A stretch of 64,000 nucleotides of DNA, taken from positions 27,032,001 to 27,096,000 of the forward strand of contig NC_045717.1 in assembly GCF_009834535.1 (NCBI RefSeq), read 5' to 3'. The notes under the pieces are model-generated. The model was not told the origin of the DNA. It ran no database searches and worked only from the letters and a program-made list of their open reading frames with translations. This DNA comes from Camelus ferus (lineage: Eukaryota). A program made the position numbers and the translations under genes. Every line of letters begins with the position of its first letter. Positions within the stretch are counted from its first letter, which is position 1. Shown one piece after another: positions 12,201 to 24,100 of the stretch.

Positions 12201-13376
12201 TGGGATGCGGTTCACCTTCCTCACCTCGGGAGCAGGGCTGGCCGCCCTGGCGTCGGGGGCTGGGCCCAGGATGGAGTCTGAGCTGTGGGCTCTCCTGAGT
12301 CCAGGTGGCGGGCCCTCAGAGAAGCAGTCAGGCGTGGCCGACCGGCCCACCTGCAGGCCCTCCCGCCGGTGGTCCTCCTCGCGCTGCGTCTCCTGCGCAA
12401 GGTCCCGCTGCACGTAGAGAGACGGGCGCCCCCTGCCCCGCTGTGGGGCTGCAGCCAGGCTCACCCTGGTCAGCAGCGGCCTGGCGGGGATCTCCACCAG
12501 CTCCTGCTGGCTGAACACCCGCTGCAGCCCCCGCCGCTCTCGGAGGTCTGCCTCCCGCTCCTGTGCCAGCCGGATCTCCCGCTCAATGGGCGTCTCCTTG
12601 GGGGGCTCTGGTGACTCTGCGCGGGACTGGGAAGCAGGGTCGTCCATGGCTGGGACACCAGACCTGGCAGACGAACCAGGGACCCTCTTCTCCTCCACGA
12701 CCACCTCCTTCACCTGGGACTTGACTGGGGTGACACACCCATTGGGCAGGGGTGGCCCGTTCAGGGACTTGGAGGCCTGGCTGGGCCCGGATGGGCGGTT
12801 CCGAGGGGCCCCCGCATTCGCATAGGCTGGCCTGGCAGGGGGGTTTGCCTGCTCCAGGCTCAGAAACTGCTGCCTCGCTGCCAGGAAGTCGATCTGCTCT
12901 CTGTCGATCATGTTCTCCTCTGGGGGCGTGGCCTGCAGTCGGCCGGGGGTCCTGGGTTCCCCGTGGTCAGGGGTGCCATGGAGTGTGGCCACCATGCCAC
13001 TCTTTCTGACCGCCTGGCCCTGGATGACCACCCGGCGCTCTCGCTCCAGGTCCTGTGGCCGCCTGGGCTGGGTGCCCCTGGTCTCCAGGTGGTAGGCCTT
13101 CACCTCCTCATCCTCATCGTCCTCCGGGCAGGGTGGCCATGGGGACAGCTGGCCAGGGAAGGCATGCAGGCTGCGAGACGTCCCTGTCTGCACCATTTCC
13201 AGCCGGGCCTCATGGTCAGTGGGCCATGCCTGTGGCTCATCCTGGCCCCAGCCACTGGCCATGGACCCCACGCCCACCAGCTCAATAGTGTAGCTGGTGT
13301 CCCCATCGAGGGCCACACTGGTCACACGGGATGAGCGGGGGATGCTGAGGATGGGGTATCTGGTCACTCGGTCCAT
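9167..13376 (-). CDS. MISP: MISP (mitotic spindle positioning), joined CDS complement(11693..13376,11037..11170,9820..9858,9167..9256), 648 aa
   Basis: Starts MDRVTRYPIL; contains QIDFLAARQQFLSLE and KETPIEREIRLAQERE; ends SEVLEATRVTRHKNAMAERWEARVYTSEDEG (AKAP2_C-like). All introns GT-AG, phases 1,0,0; total 1947 nt. Confidence 0.96.
9820..9858 (-). CDS. MISP: MISP coding exon 3 (YAGISPLDHINSE)
   Basis: tcctccctgcag|TAT ... GAG|GTGAGT, 39 nt. Confidence 0.92.
10589..10720 (+). mobile_element. tRNA-Ala-derived SINE, camelid-type
   Basis: gtgtagctcagtggtggagcgcgtgctcagcatgcacgatgtcctgggttcagtcccc head with A/B boxes, then an aataaa...aaacctaattacc tail. Confidence 0.85.
11037..11170 (-). CDS. 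MISP: MISP coding exon 2 (GIKGSCAVSESHFFTPIHLHSGLAW...KREQW)
   Basis: tcacccccag|GC acceptor, TGG|GTGAGT donor, 134 nt. Confidence 0.93.
11340..11500 (+). mobile_element. L1 ORF2 endonuclease-region fossil in MISP intron
   Basis: Translates as QEDRTRVNLYAPNNKVSKPIK, resembling the L1 ORF2p QED-T--NIYAPN motif. Confidence 0.6.
11693..13376 (-). CDS. MISP: MISP large first coding exon (1684 nt coding; exon acceptor at 13432-13433)
   Basis: ORF 11508..13487 from Met38. Donor TCTG|GTAAGG; acceptor cttctttgccctcag 55 nt upstream of the ATG. Confidence 0.96.
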
Positions 13377-13534
13377 GTTCTGGGGGTCTCTGCCCACAAC
13401 CGGCTCCCAGGATGGAGACAATCTGCGCTCACTGAGGGCAAAGAAGGGCGTGATGGTCACCAGCTCAGAGCACTTGGGGAGAGGCACAGTTCCCGGTCCC
13501 TTAAAGGGCAGAGTCCTGTCCCAGTGGCCTCTAC

Positions 13535-13830
13535 TGTTGGTTCAGGGATGAGTAAGTGACCCAGCCCTGCCAATCAGGGCGTTCCGCCCTCTGGCCTCTG
13601 TAATTGCTTCAGGGATGGACATGTGACCCAACCTGGCCAATGACATAAAACCCTGGGACTTTGCAGTTAATGTGGAGAATTGGATCCTCTTCCTGCTGGG
13701 CTTGTTAGGCTGGTGAGATGAGACCGAGAACCACTGGGGGGGGGGGGGGCGTATGTGTCCGCTATGGACAGAGCTTGCTCAGGAGCATCCATAACCCCAA
13801 CACAGGATCCTGAAAACATTATTTGAGCTC
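13535..13830. mobile_element. ERVL LTR fragment (LTR16/LTR33-like)
   Basis: Repeated agggatg...gtgacccaa/g...ccaat motif typical of these LTRs. Confidence 0.5.
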
Positions 13831-16497
13831 CTAGATCCAGACACACCTGAATCCCTGTGCACCACTGTGCTGACCCAACACCTTGTTCCCTGTGTGTTTA
13901 ACGTTTTCCCACCTCATCCCCTGGACACTGCACACCCTTTCGCAGTCAGCCTCTTCTGCCCCTCTCCTTCCACTCCTCCTTTCTCCCACCCAGCTAGCCA
14001 TGTCTAGACCCAGCGCCACACCAGGGCAGCCTCCCTCCCAGGGCATGTACACCCTGAGGTTCCTTATGTGGTTTTTGTCATGTAACATTTGCAGATGGCC
14101 CCAGTGGGACCACTCCTTGCTGGGTGATGTCAAGTGGGGAAGTTGGGGCCCAGAGAGAGGTAATGACTGGCAAAGACCTCCACAACCTGGTTCTCTCCCT
14201 TGCACCAGCCCAGTGGGACACCTTGTCCCATCCCAGACAAGCCCCTGTCTTAGTGCCATAAAGCCAGGATGAGCTAAGGAATGCCTTGGACCTTGTCTCG
14301 CTGGGCCAAGGGACATCTTGGCCCAATCCCCCTCCCAACCATCTGGGTTCCCACTGAGCACAGCTCAAGGAACCTTTGTGAAGGTCATACACCTGCTCTC
14401 ATGCCTCCCTGATTCCTGGCGTCTCCGGGATGCAGTTCTCAAACTCTGCCCAGGGCTCTCAAGGCTACCATCTGGCCTCAGCCCAAACCCTCAAACTCTG
14501 CAGGCACCAGACCTCAAACCCAAACTTCTCCCTCTTCCTTCTGCCTGGAGGACCCTCATTTCTGCCCCTGCACGGTCTTGTTAGCTACAGCCCATAAGAC
14601 AGCTCCTCCAGGGAGCCTCCAGATTGCCCTGCCCTTAGAGCCTGTTGCCTGGCCCTCTCCTGTGTACCCAGCCTAGCACAGTATTAGGCATTGCCTTTTT
14701 ACAGCCAAGGAAAGGAAGGCGGACCACCCTCAACTCCTCAAGCAGCCCTTGGACCCCGGTACCACCAGAGCTGTTGGACACATCGCTGCCTTTTTACACC
14801 AACTTGCTTGTAAAAGCTGAATGTAGTTTTGTAAAGGAAAATGCAGACCCTCCCTCACCTGGAGAAGTGGCATCAAGCAACATAAAATCAATCGTGGGGA
14901 ACAACGTTACAATCCTCACACTAGTGCCTCATGGTCTTTCCAGCGCATCAAATATTGAAACCGTCATTAGGAAAATGATTTTAAAGACAAGCAGGCTTGA
15001 GCGATTAGTCCCAGCCGAGTGGGCTGAGCCTCTGTCCACTGACCCCCCAGTCCCCTGTGGAGACTTTTTCCTTGAAAGTCACTGGGGGTGCATGTGTCTT
15101 TGAAAGGAGAATACGGTCATTTAAGATCTGTCTTCTCGCACCTGAAGCCATCAGCCAGGACCCTCTCTCCCTCCCAGGGGCCCCTGGTGAGAATCTCCTC
15201 CTGCAGCCCAGGGTCTGGTACACAGCAGGCACTCCATAAAGGCGGGCTGAGCAAGGCGTGGTCTCAGGGCCCAGGGCCTGGGTTCATTCCAGCCACAGAT
15301 CTGGCTGCCCCTCCCATCAGGCTCCGAGCTCTGACACTGAGGACTGGGCAGGTCTGCCTCCCACTCTGTCCCCATGCCCTGGGGCTCCCCAAGGAGGGCA
15401 GGCGTGGCAGGAATGCGTGTTTGCCTAATAAGTGGCCGGAAGCTCGTGCAGCAGGATTTATAAGACACATGGGACATTAACTCCAGGAAAAAAACCTCAC
15501 TCCCAGAGGGTGTCAAGTCTCCTTGTGGGTGGGGCAGCTCATTCCTCCCGGGTGATTCACTGAGGCCAGCAGGGTGGGGTTGAAGTCCTCAGGGATGCAC
15601 TCCTCTGTGTCCCTGAGCGAGTCTCAGCTCCCCTCTGGCCTCAGTGTCCACATCTGGACGGGAGGTAGAGTCCAGAGCACGTGGCCACCACCCCAAAAGG
15701 CTGCCATCTAGATTTGGTGCTCTGTGCCTTGTATACAGCAAGCACTAGATAAACGCTTTCACAGTGGTGGCTCGTATTATTATTTAAACCCTGGATCCAC
15801 ACTGATCTCAGAGTGACCCTGGGGCAGGCATTCTCTTTTGCAAAGCCTCAGTCTCCCCATCTGTAAAATGAGACACTGCTGCCCTCACCACAGGGCTGGG
15901 GAGAGGGGCGGGTAACAAGGAGCCCAAGACGCAGAGCACAGAGGCACCCCACGGGGAGATGCCTTCTTGGAGGCCCAGGACGCTCTGTGCAAATGAGTGG
16001 TAATAGTGGTCACAGGGCCTCCAGCACTCTCCCGTGGCTCCTCGTAATTGGGCACCTCGCACCAGCACCCTGTTTGCTTCTCTTAAGAGCCTGTGACAAG
16101 GGAGCCTTTCTTGTCCCCAGTTTACAGCAGAGGAAACTGAGGCACAGAGAGAGGTCACATAGTGAGTGACAAGACAACAGTTTCTGAAGCCTGAGCCCTC
16201 ACTCCTGGTCAGTCACCTCCTCTTCCAGGAAGCCCCCTGGATTGCTCCTCCCCAGCCCACTGTGCACTGTGTTGATACCAAACTGAAACTGGGTTTATGG
16301 CCTTGGGTGCTACACACCTACTTCCTCATCCCTGCAACTGACCTCCTGCCCTCGGGGCAAAAGCCTATTACAGGGGCCTGGGGCTCAGACAGGGCTGGTT
16401 ACACAGCAGGGAGGGGCTCCTGGGGGGTCTCCTTCCATCACTTGGGGCTATCATTCCCGGGACCCTGACCGGGCAGAGCCCCCAACCCCTGACACAC

Positions 16498-16595
16498 CTG
16501 AGCACTGGACTGAGTCTCTGCCCTCCTGAGGCTGGACGCCCCCTCCTGTGAGCCCCAGCCAGACCCTGATGGTGGCGGGGCGGAAGGGTTATATG
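16498..16595 (-). promoter_or_regulatory. MISP: Candidate MISP proximal promoter and short non-coding exon 1
   Basis: CATATAA TATA-like box at 16589-16595, adjacent GC box, then about 60 nt ending in a CAG|GTGTGT donor at 16498. CCAAT motifs near 16674 and 16713. Confidence 0.55.
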
Positions 16596-18719
16596 CCGCT
16601 CAAGGGTCCCCCAAGCAAGGATCTGGCTGGTGCTGGAAAGATTTCTCCCCAGAACCCTTTAGAATTCCCGAAACCAATGTGAGGCCTCTGTGCCTCTGGC
16701 CCTGGGGGGGCACCAATCAGGCCCCTTCCTTACAGGGTCTGGGCTCAGGGTTCTTGGATTTGGGGACCTGATATCTGGGGTGGAAACTGGGGCCCTGGCA
16801 AGGTTCAGGGTTGGGAACAGAGTGGGAAGGACACAGCCCTGGGCACAGAGCCAGCCTGGGGATGCAGAGCAAGAGGGGGCCTCCACCAGCCCCTGGGCTC
16901 CCCCTGTGCCCAGAGAGGGGTGGGGTGGGGACTGAGGCTCCCTCCCCGTACCCTGAAGGCCCCACAGGTGAGCAGATGGTGCCACAAGCACACCACCCCC
17001 TGCCCAAAGCCAACCCCACCCCTCTGCAGGACCCCTGCCCTTCCAACCTTTGAGTCCAGCCTGCCCGCAGGCCCCCCAGCCTTACCCACCGGCTCTCAGC
17101 CCGCAGCAGCCTCCAAGCTTGGCTCTGGCTCCGTGGCTGGCACAGGGGCCTCCTGGCCCCGCCCAGCCCCAGGTTGCCAGGGGACAGGGCCCTGTACCGG
17201 GAAGCAGGTGCACCCCCTCCTTGGGGCCCCACCCAGGCTCGAGAAACAAAGTCCAGAGGAGGAGAAAGGTGACACCAGTAGAGCGGAGGGCGGACACCAC
17301 GCCCACTGGGCACTGCCCCTCAGTCCCCAGGCCCCCAGCCCACACAGCTGGAGCTGCAACCCCCACTGAAACCCTCCAGCTGCCGTCTGGCCCTCCAGCT
17401 ACCTCTCAGCACTGCTCAGAGAGGGGCTGTCCGTTGCCCAGGGTCACACACAGCAGGTCCACGATCCAGAGGCTGTTTCTCAGAGGGGGTTTAAGTACCA
17501 AACCACCACCTGGCGCAGCCCACCCTTTGGGGCCACTTCCCCAGAGAGCCCCTTTTTGGGACAAGCCTGGCTTCCTAGCCTCTGAGGGGTTCAGCTGGTC
17601 CCAGGTTCAAGTCTCACTTAACCGCTCTGAGCCTCTGTTTCCTCCTCAGTGAAATGGGGACGTCAGCCCACTTCCACATACAGGATCAGATGAGGACACC
17701 AAAATCTGGGATGGGTGAGGCTGAGGCCCCAATGGCAGATGGAGGCACTGAGGCTCAAGATGCTAGGTCAGTCCTCCCAGGCACTCAGCTGTCCTGTCTG
17801 AGTCTCGGTCACAGCGCAGAGGACCTGCCGGACCCCTGGGAGCCCAATGTCTCTGGGGGAGTTGGGCCACTAGGCATAGCAGTCAGTCTATGGGGAAGGG
17901 GATATAGTCTGTCCCTCTGGCTGGGGCTCTGTCCCAACCTGCCCCTTGGCTGACTCTGAGGCCACTGCGAACCTCAGTCTCTTCTTCCATCAAATGGGCC
18001 CCCAGCTCCCAATCTGGCAGGGCTGCCCAAGGTGGGGTGATTTTAGGACAGGTTTGGAGAAAGGGCCTAATCCAGAATTCCAACTTGTGTATGGTATGTG
18101 CCGAGTCTGTGAAAACCTGGGGCACACTGCTGCACTTTCCATCCCAGCACCCCCAAGGCCCCCATATCCTTGTTTTGCAGATAAGGAAACTGAGGGACAG
18201 AAATCTCCAAGTCTCACCAAAGGACAGAGTGTCAGCAGCGGGGTTGGTATTTGGACCTGCACCCCACTCACCACCTTCCTGCACATATGGAGATCGGGGA
18301 GACCCCAAAGGGCAGAGACTGGGTCACCCAGCATGCTGGGGGCCCTGTGGAGGTGAGGATTCAATCTCCTGCTCCCAGACTGGGGTGGCTTCCCCCCCAG
18401 GGTTCATACAGCCCACCATACAAATGGGCAAACTGAGATTCAGAGGGCAGCGACTCCTCCCAGATCACACAGTGAGACAGACACAGCCCCCAGAAATGCT
18501 TCCTCCCCATGTCCCCACCTGTTTCCCAGGGACTAGTTTCTCTGCAGAGCTTGAGGGTGTATGTGGGGCCTCTTCCGTTCCCCCCAGGGGAATGTGAGCT
18601 CAGCAAGGGGCAGCCCCAGCCACAGGATGGGGTGGGCCAGGTGCAGGACCCAAGGGCTCCACGAGAAACAGAAAGGAAGTCCTGCCACAGGCAGCTGCCC
18701 CCATACCTCCAGGCCTTAC

Positions 18720-18870
18720 CTGCCCAGGTGCTGCTTGGATGCGCACAGGTGCAGGTGGGGACTCCGCCAACACCCCACACACCGCCCTGGGGTGAGCCTT
18801 AGGGATGTACAGGCTGCAGAAGAGAAACCAGCTCCCCTGGGTTCCGTGAGCCTCCTTTTAAGGCTAGACC
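18720..18870 (-). promoter_or_regulatory. MISP: Candidate upstream alternative MISP first exon/promoter
   Basis: GGGCGG box, TTAAAA at 18856-18861, and a consensus donor CAG|GTAAGG at 18720. Confidence 0.35.
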
Positions 18871-18959
18871 GCCCTGGCAGGGCCCCACCCCCGGCCTGGC
18901 CACGCCCTCCCCACCCAGGTGAAACCCAAGAACTCCAGGTCCTGGGGCTGTTCACACTG

Positions 18960-18965
18960 TTTATT
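18960..18965 (-). terminator. PALM: Probable PALM polyadenylation signal AATAAA
   Basis: tttatt on the plus strand about 1.53 kb past the stop, followed by GU-rich sequence on the sense strand. Confidence 0.7.
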
Positions 18966-20494
18966 TGCTTCTCTGGGAAAGTCAAGAACATCAGGGCCTC
19001 ATCACACATCGAAAGCAGAGGGGTGGCAAGGGCACTTCAGCGGAGGCTCACAGCTCGAGGACTCGGGTGGACTCGAGTAGGGGGGGTATTCCACGGCCAC
19101 TGCCCAGGGTCGCCTCAGAGAGGGTCTCTCCTCTCAGCCACCAGGGGCAGAGCTGAGATGGGGACCCAGGCTGTGGTCCAGGGCAGCCCCTGCACCCACC
19201 CTCCTGAGGCAGGAGCAGCCTGTGCCCTGGGCACCGGGCTGCAGTCTCCTGGGGGAGGGGCTGTGATGGGGCCTGTTTGTCCACAGCCCACACGAGAGGG
19301 GCTGTGAGCACGTGCATGAATGTGCCTCTGGGGACGAGTGTGGCTGCAACCAGGGAGATGTGTGTACATCTCTGGGTGTCAGCTGCTCCCAGGAGGGGAG
19401 CCCCTTGCCCCTCACCCCTTCCAGTGAGGGGGGCAGGCGCACATCAGGCTGGGCAGCAAATGGCGGTCTCCAGCTGCAAACCAGGGGATGCTCCCTGCCC
19501 TGGGCTAAGTCCCCCTCCACTGCCCAGAATGCGCCAAGCCCAGCAGAGCTGGCGGTGGGCCTGATCTCTGGGCTATGGTTGGGGAGACCCAGGATCCTGG
19601 TCCAGGCAGGCTGGAGAAGGGGCCGGGGGCAGCCCCCCCAAGGTCCCCAAATTAGCACCAGGAGGAAGGAGGGCCCAGTGGGGATGGGAGCTCAGGACAA
19701 GAAAGGGCTCACGTGGCCCTGCCTTGTACAGGAGGCAGCTCAAAGACCCCTGGCCTGGCCTGGCCAGAAGACGACACAGGGGTCACACCCTTCCCGAATG
19801 GGAGGCGTATCCCCAGGGCTCCCCTTCCCAGGTTCCATCATCTGCTGGCTGCGCCAAAGAGTGTGTGGGGGGAGGGGCACATGAGGCTGGGGGTGTCCCG
19901 AGGGGCCCGTGCTCCATTCTAAGACTTCGAGCCTGGTCTCCCTAGAGAGGCACAGCCTCACCCCGACTGCCCAAGATCCAGACCCAGTGCCTCGGCCTCC
20001 ACTTTCAGAGGCTGAGTGGGGACAGAGCAGTCCCCCGGAACCCCTGGCTCCCCAGGTCCCTCTCTGGCAGGGTGTCCCCTCAGGGACCTCATTGGAGGTG
20101 GCAGGAAGGCACAGGCAGGAGGCCCAGAGGTGGCAGCTTGGCCTGGGGCTGTGTGGAGGCCGCGGGTCACATCGGCCAGGACCGCTGTGGGTTAGAGCCA
20201 CCTTGTGGAGCTGCCGCCACGTGAGGCGCCCTCGTGCAGGGAGAAGCGGGAACGTCCGTGTTTCTCCTACCAGGCATGGGTGCACGGCTCAGTGGTTTAG
20301 GGGTGTGGGGTGTGGTGACGGGACGGGGGACCCCTGACCCTCTCTTTCCAGTGAAAGACAACTCAGGAGGAACACGTGACGACACAGCGCGTCCTGGGCC
20401 CATGACTGCGGGTGGAGGGCGGGCGGGCGCTGTGAGGGCCAGGCTGTGGGTGTCCGGTGCAGAGGCAGGGCCGGGGTCTGGGGGGCCGGGCGGT

Positions 20495-21019
20495 TCACAT
20501 GATGGAGCAGCATTTACAGCGCTGCTTCTTCATGTCGAGGTCCTGGGCGTCACTGGCGGGGGCCTCAGGCCCGACCTGGTTCTCCTCTCTGGAGCCCTCA
20601 GTGGCGGGGGGCTCGGCCGCACTGCCGTTGGGCGGGGCAGGCTCCTTGGGCTCGGCTGCGTCTTCGATGACCACCAGCTCCGCGGTGACGGTGTCCTGCA
20701 AGCCCAGCACCTTCTGGGTCTCAGGCCTCATCCTCCACGCTCTGGTAACCCATGAAGATCATGGTGACTGGGGGCTCCTGGCCGGGCTGGATGCCCGGCA
20801 TGGCCTCTCCCGGCTGGGCCTGAACTCCCGTGATCTCCCGCCTGGAGGGCGTGGTCCGGATGGCCTCCTCCGACGGTGGTCCCCGGGGCTCCACTGGCCC
20901 TGCCGCGGACCCCGCTTCGCTCAGCGTGACCTCGTCTGCCTTGTGGATGAGTTCGTCCACCTCAGAGGAGCTCAGGGGGTGGATCCCATTCTCCGCAGTG
21001 CCATCCACAGCATGGACCA
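20495..21019 (-). CDS. PALM: PALM exon 9 (VVHAVDGTAENG ... KQRCKCCSIM*), interrupted by a +1 frameshift
   Basis: ccccctgccag|TG acceptor. ORFs 20721..21020 and 20495..20731 carry the two halves in different frames. Confidence 0.93.
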
Positions 21020-21047
21020 CTGGCAGGGGGAGGCGGGGTGGGGAAGA

Positions 21048-21114
<67 letters not shown>

Positions 21115-24100
21115 TTGGTTCCCAGACAGAAGGGAAAGGCTGGTAGGGCTGAGAGCCATCCCTCGGCAAAAGGAAAATCATAAACTAAATTGCACCTTTA
21201 GAACTGATCGACAATTAGAACTCCTATTGGGATCTGCGGATGCAGACAAACTGATGCACAGAGGAGAATTTATAGGAACCAAGAAGGAAAAAATGAGCTC
21301 ATTTTTCATTGTCTTGCATCTTGAAGCGTCTTCATATTCCCCAGCCAACTGGCACCCACCTGATCGCCCTGCAAAGTAGGTCTGTTTTTTTGCTGTTGCA
21401 AAGATGGTGACAATGGAGTTCACAGAAGGGAAGTAACTAGCCCAAGGTCACACAGCTGGCCTGGGCTGGGCCCTGCTCTTTCTCCCAGTCTACACACATT
21501 TCCCTGCGTGAGGAGTTGCAGGGGTTCTGACCCCCCCCATTGAGTTCATGTAGACAAGGAGTTGCAGGGGTTCTGACCCCCCCCCATTGAGTTCATATAG
21601 ACAAGGAGTTGCAGGGGTTCTGACCCCCCCCATTGAGTTCATATAGACAAGGAGTTGCAGGGGTTCTGACCCCCCCCCATTGAGTTCATGTAGACAAGGA
21701 GTTGCAGGGGTTCTGACCCCCTCCCCCCATTGAGTTCATGTAGATAACCTTCAGTTAAACTTTGGTTCATCCACCCAGTCTTTGTTTTCTAGTAAGCATC
21801 CTGAAGGCTATACCTTTTCCTCTGAATTCTGCTTTGGCTGCAGCTCATGGATTACTGTATGTCATTGTCTTTCAAGTGTAGTTTATAATTTCCATTTTGA
21901 TATTTTGATTGATTGCTTCTTTAAGTCAAGATTTATTTAGAAGAGTGTTTCTAACTTGAGGAGAGTGGGGCTCTGTGGTCCAGGAACACAGACGTAAGAT
22001 ATAAACTTCATAACAGGACATAGTCACTTTCTGAAAATGCTCTCATTGTGTTTACGAAAATAATGTGCATTCTCGATTGGGCAGAGTTTTATACATGCAA
22101 TCAAACTTGTTAAGCAGTATTTTCCAAATCTCTCCAGCTTTTGTCATCTGTGTCTCTCTGAGTTGTCATTTTCTAAGCTGAACTGCAGTCTCTAAGGACT
22201 GGACTTCAGCACCTGGGAGGAGTCCCGGCCACAGTCCAACGCCAGCCCCAGATCACAGCCTGGCTAACTCCTTCTAGAAACACTGCTTCCCAGTTGCTTA
22301 GGGAGGGAGGGAGGGAGGGAGAGACACACCAGGTGCCCCAGGGACTCATCTCCTCCCGGGCCAAGGGTCAGGGCTCCGGCTTCTGGCTTCTGCCCAGAAA
22401 GAAAGTGCTTTCCACTCTCAGTTTCCATATCCCTGGAGAGGGGTGCCCACGCTTCAAGGCCTTGTGGTGACTTTGAACTGGAGGCCCAGGTGTGGTTGTG
22501 CCTGGGTCACAAAGAATCAAGCTAGGTATTTCCCACTGGCCACTGCCCCAGCGTAGGAATCTGAGCCCTTGGCTGCCATGGAAACGGATCACTTTCCCAC
22601 TGCTAAGCAACCAGAGGCCAGTCTGGTCAGGTCCTGAATCCCTAGGGGTTAGGCCAGGCTGGGCTCAGTGGCCAAGGTGAGGACATTCTGTGAGCACAGG
22701 GATCCTCTGCCCCTTGGCCCTGTGCTGTCATTGGGGCAGTTGGGACTTGCCCAGAACCACATAGCTGGTGAGAGCTGGAGCCAGGATTCCACCTGGGTCA
22801 ACAGCCCCAAACCACAACAGGGCTGGGCTGTGACAGGACCCCTCTAGTAGCATTCTGGACATCCCAGAGGCCTGAACAACCTCTTTGGAAATCAAAACCA
22901 CAACGAGGTATCACTTCAACCCCACCAGGACGACAATAATAATAATAATAATAACTTTTAAATGTTCAATAACAAGGGTTGTTGAGGATGTGGAGAAATC
23001 GAAACCCTCATGCATGGCTGGTGGGAAAGGAAAATGGTACAGCCGCTGCAGAAACACCCCAGAAGTTCCTCAAATGGTTAAACATAGAGTCACCATGACT
23101 CAGCAATTCGACTCCTAGGTATTAACCAAGAGAAATGAAAACATACGCCCACACAAAAACCTGTATAGCACAAAACCGAAAAGTAGAAACATCCTAAATG
23201 TCTATCAGCTGATGCCTGGATAAACAAAATGTGGTCCATCCTCACACGGGAATTTCACTCAGCCGTGAAAAAGAGAGAAGCACTGGCACTGGCTACCATG
23301 TGGATGGACCTGGAGGACCGATGCTCAGTGAGAACCAGACACACAAGGCACACAGTGTGTGAGTCCAGTGATGTGAGACGTCCAGAACAGGCCAGTCCAC
23401 AGAGATGGAGTGTGGGTTCAAGGTTACCATGATGGGGACGGGAAAGGATGCAGTTTCTACTTGGGGAAGAAAAATATTCTGGAACCAGATAGTGAGGGTG
23501 TACAACATGGTGAATATTTCAAAACCCACTGAATTGGGTGGGGGTCCTGCATCTTCTCCCTTCGTCTTCCATCTTCTCATGAGGGTGGCACTCCTGGACT
23601 CACTAATGGACCCTAAAGCTGAGCTGTGTTAATTTTACACCTGACTCAGGGGATCAGTGCTGGGGACCCCATGTCTTGAAGAAGGCCAATACTTGCCTTG
23701 ATTCCAAATGTCCTTTTAATGTCTTCTTAACACACTGTCTTTACTAAGGTGGGTTCATTCCTTTTTCTAGCATCACTGTGAATATTGCCCAGAATAGACA
23801 GAATACTAACCTACAGGCCATGCCAGAAATAAACAAAAGTTTAAATGCCACAATGTTTATGAGACCATCTAAATACTGATGGACTGCACGGTTTAAAGGA
23901 AAGTTTTCCTTAGTTTAAAAAAGTGGATTTTACCTTACGTGAATTACATTGAGAGAGACAGAGAGAGGAAGCGGGGAGAGAGGCAGGCACTTTGGAACTT
24001 CTCCCCAGGGCTGCCCTCTCCTCCCGTCTCCACCTTCCTTGTGCATGTGTCTCCTCACTGGAAGAGGGGACTCTAAAAACCAGATTAGACCTCAGCACCA

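Noticed and set aside
13377-13487. 37-residue N-terminal extension of MISP suggested by the 659-aa ORF
   Set aside because: The ORF starts at a non-ATG codon and runs through the pyrimidine tract and AG acceptor at 13432. The 33 residues after SQASG are likewise intron.
21038-21379. ORF with a long (RE)n run
   Set aside because: Artefact of the (AG)29 microsatellite.
21511-21744. CRISPR-like array
   Set aside because: Head-to-tail units with no unique spacers, in a mammalian intron; it is a minisatellite.
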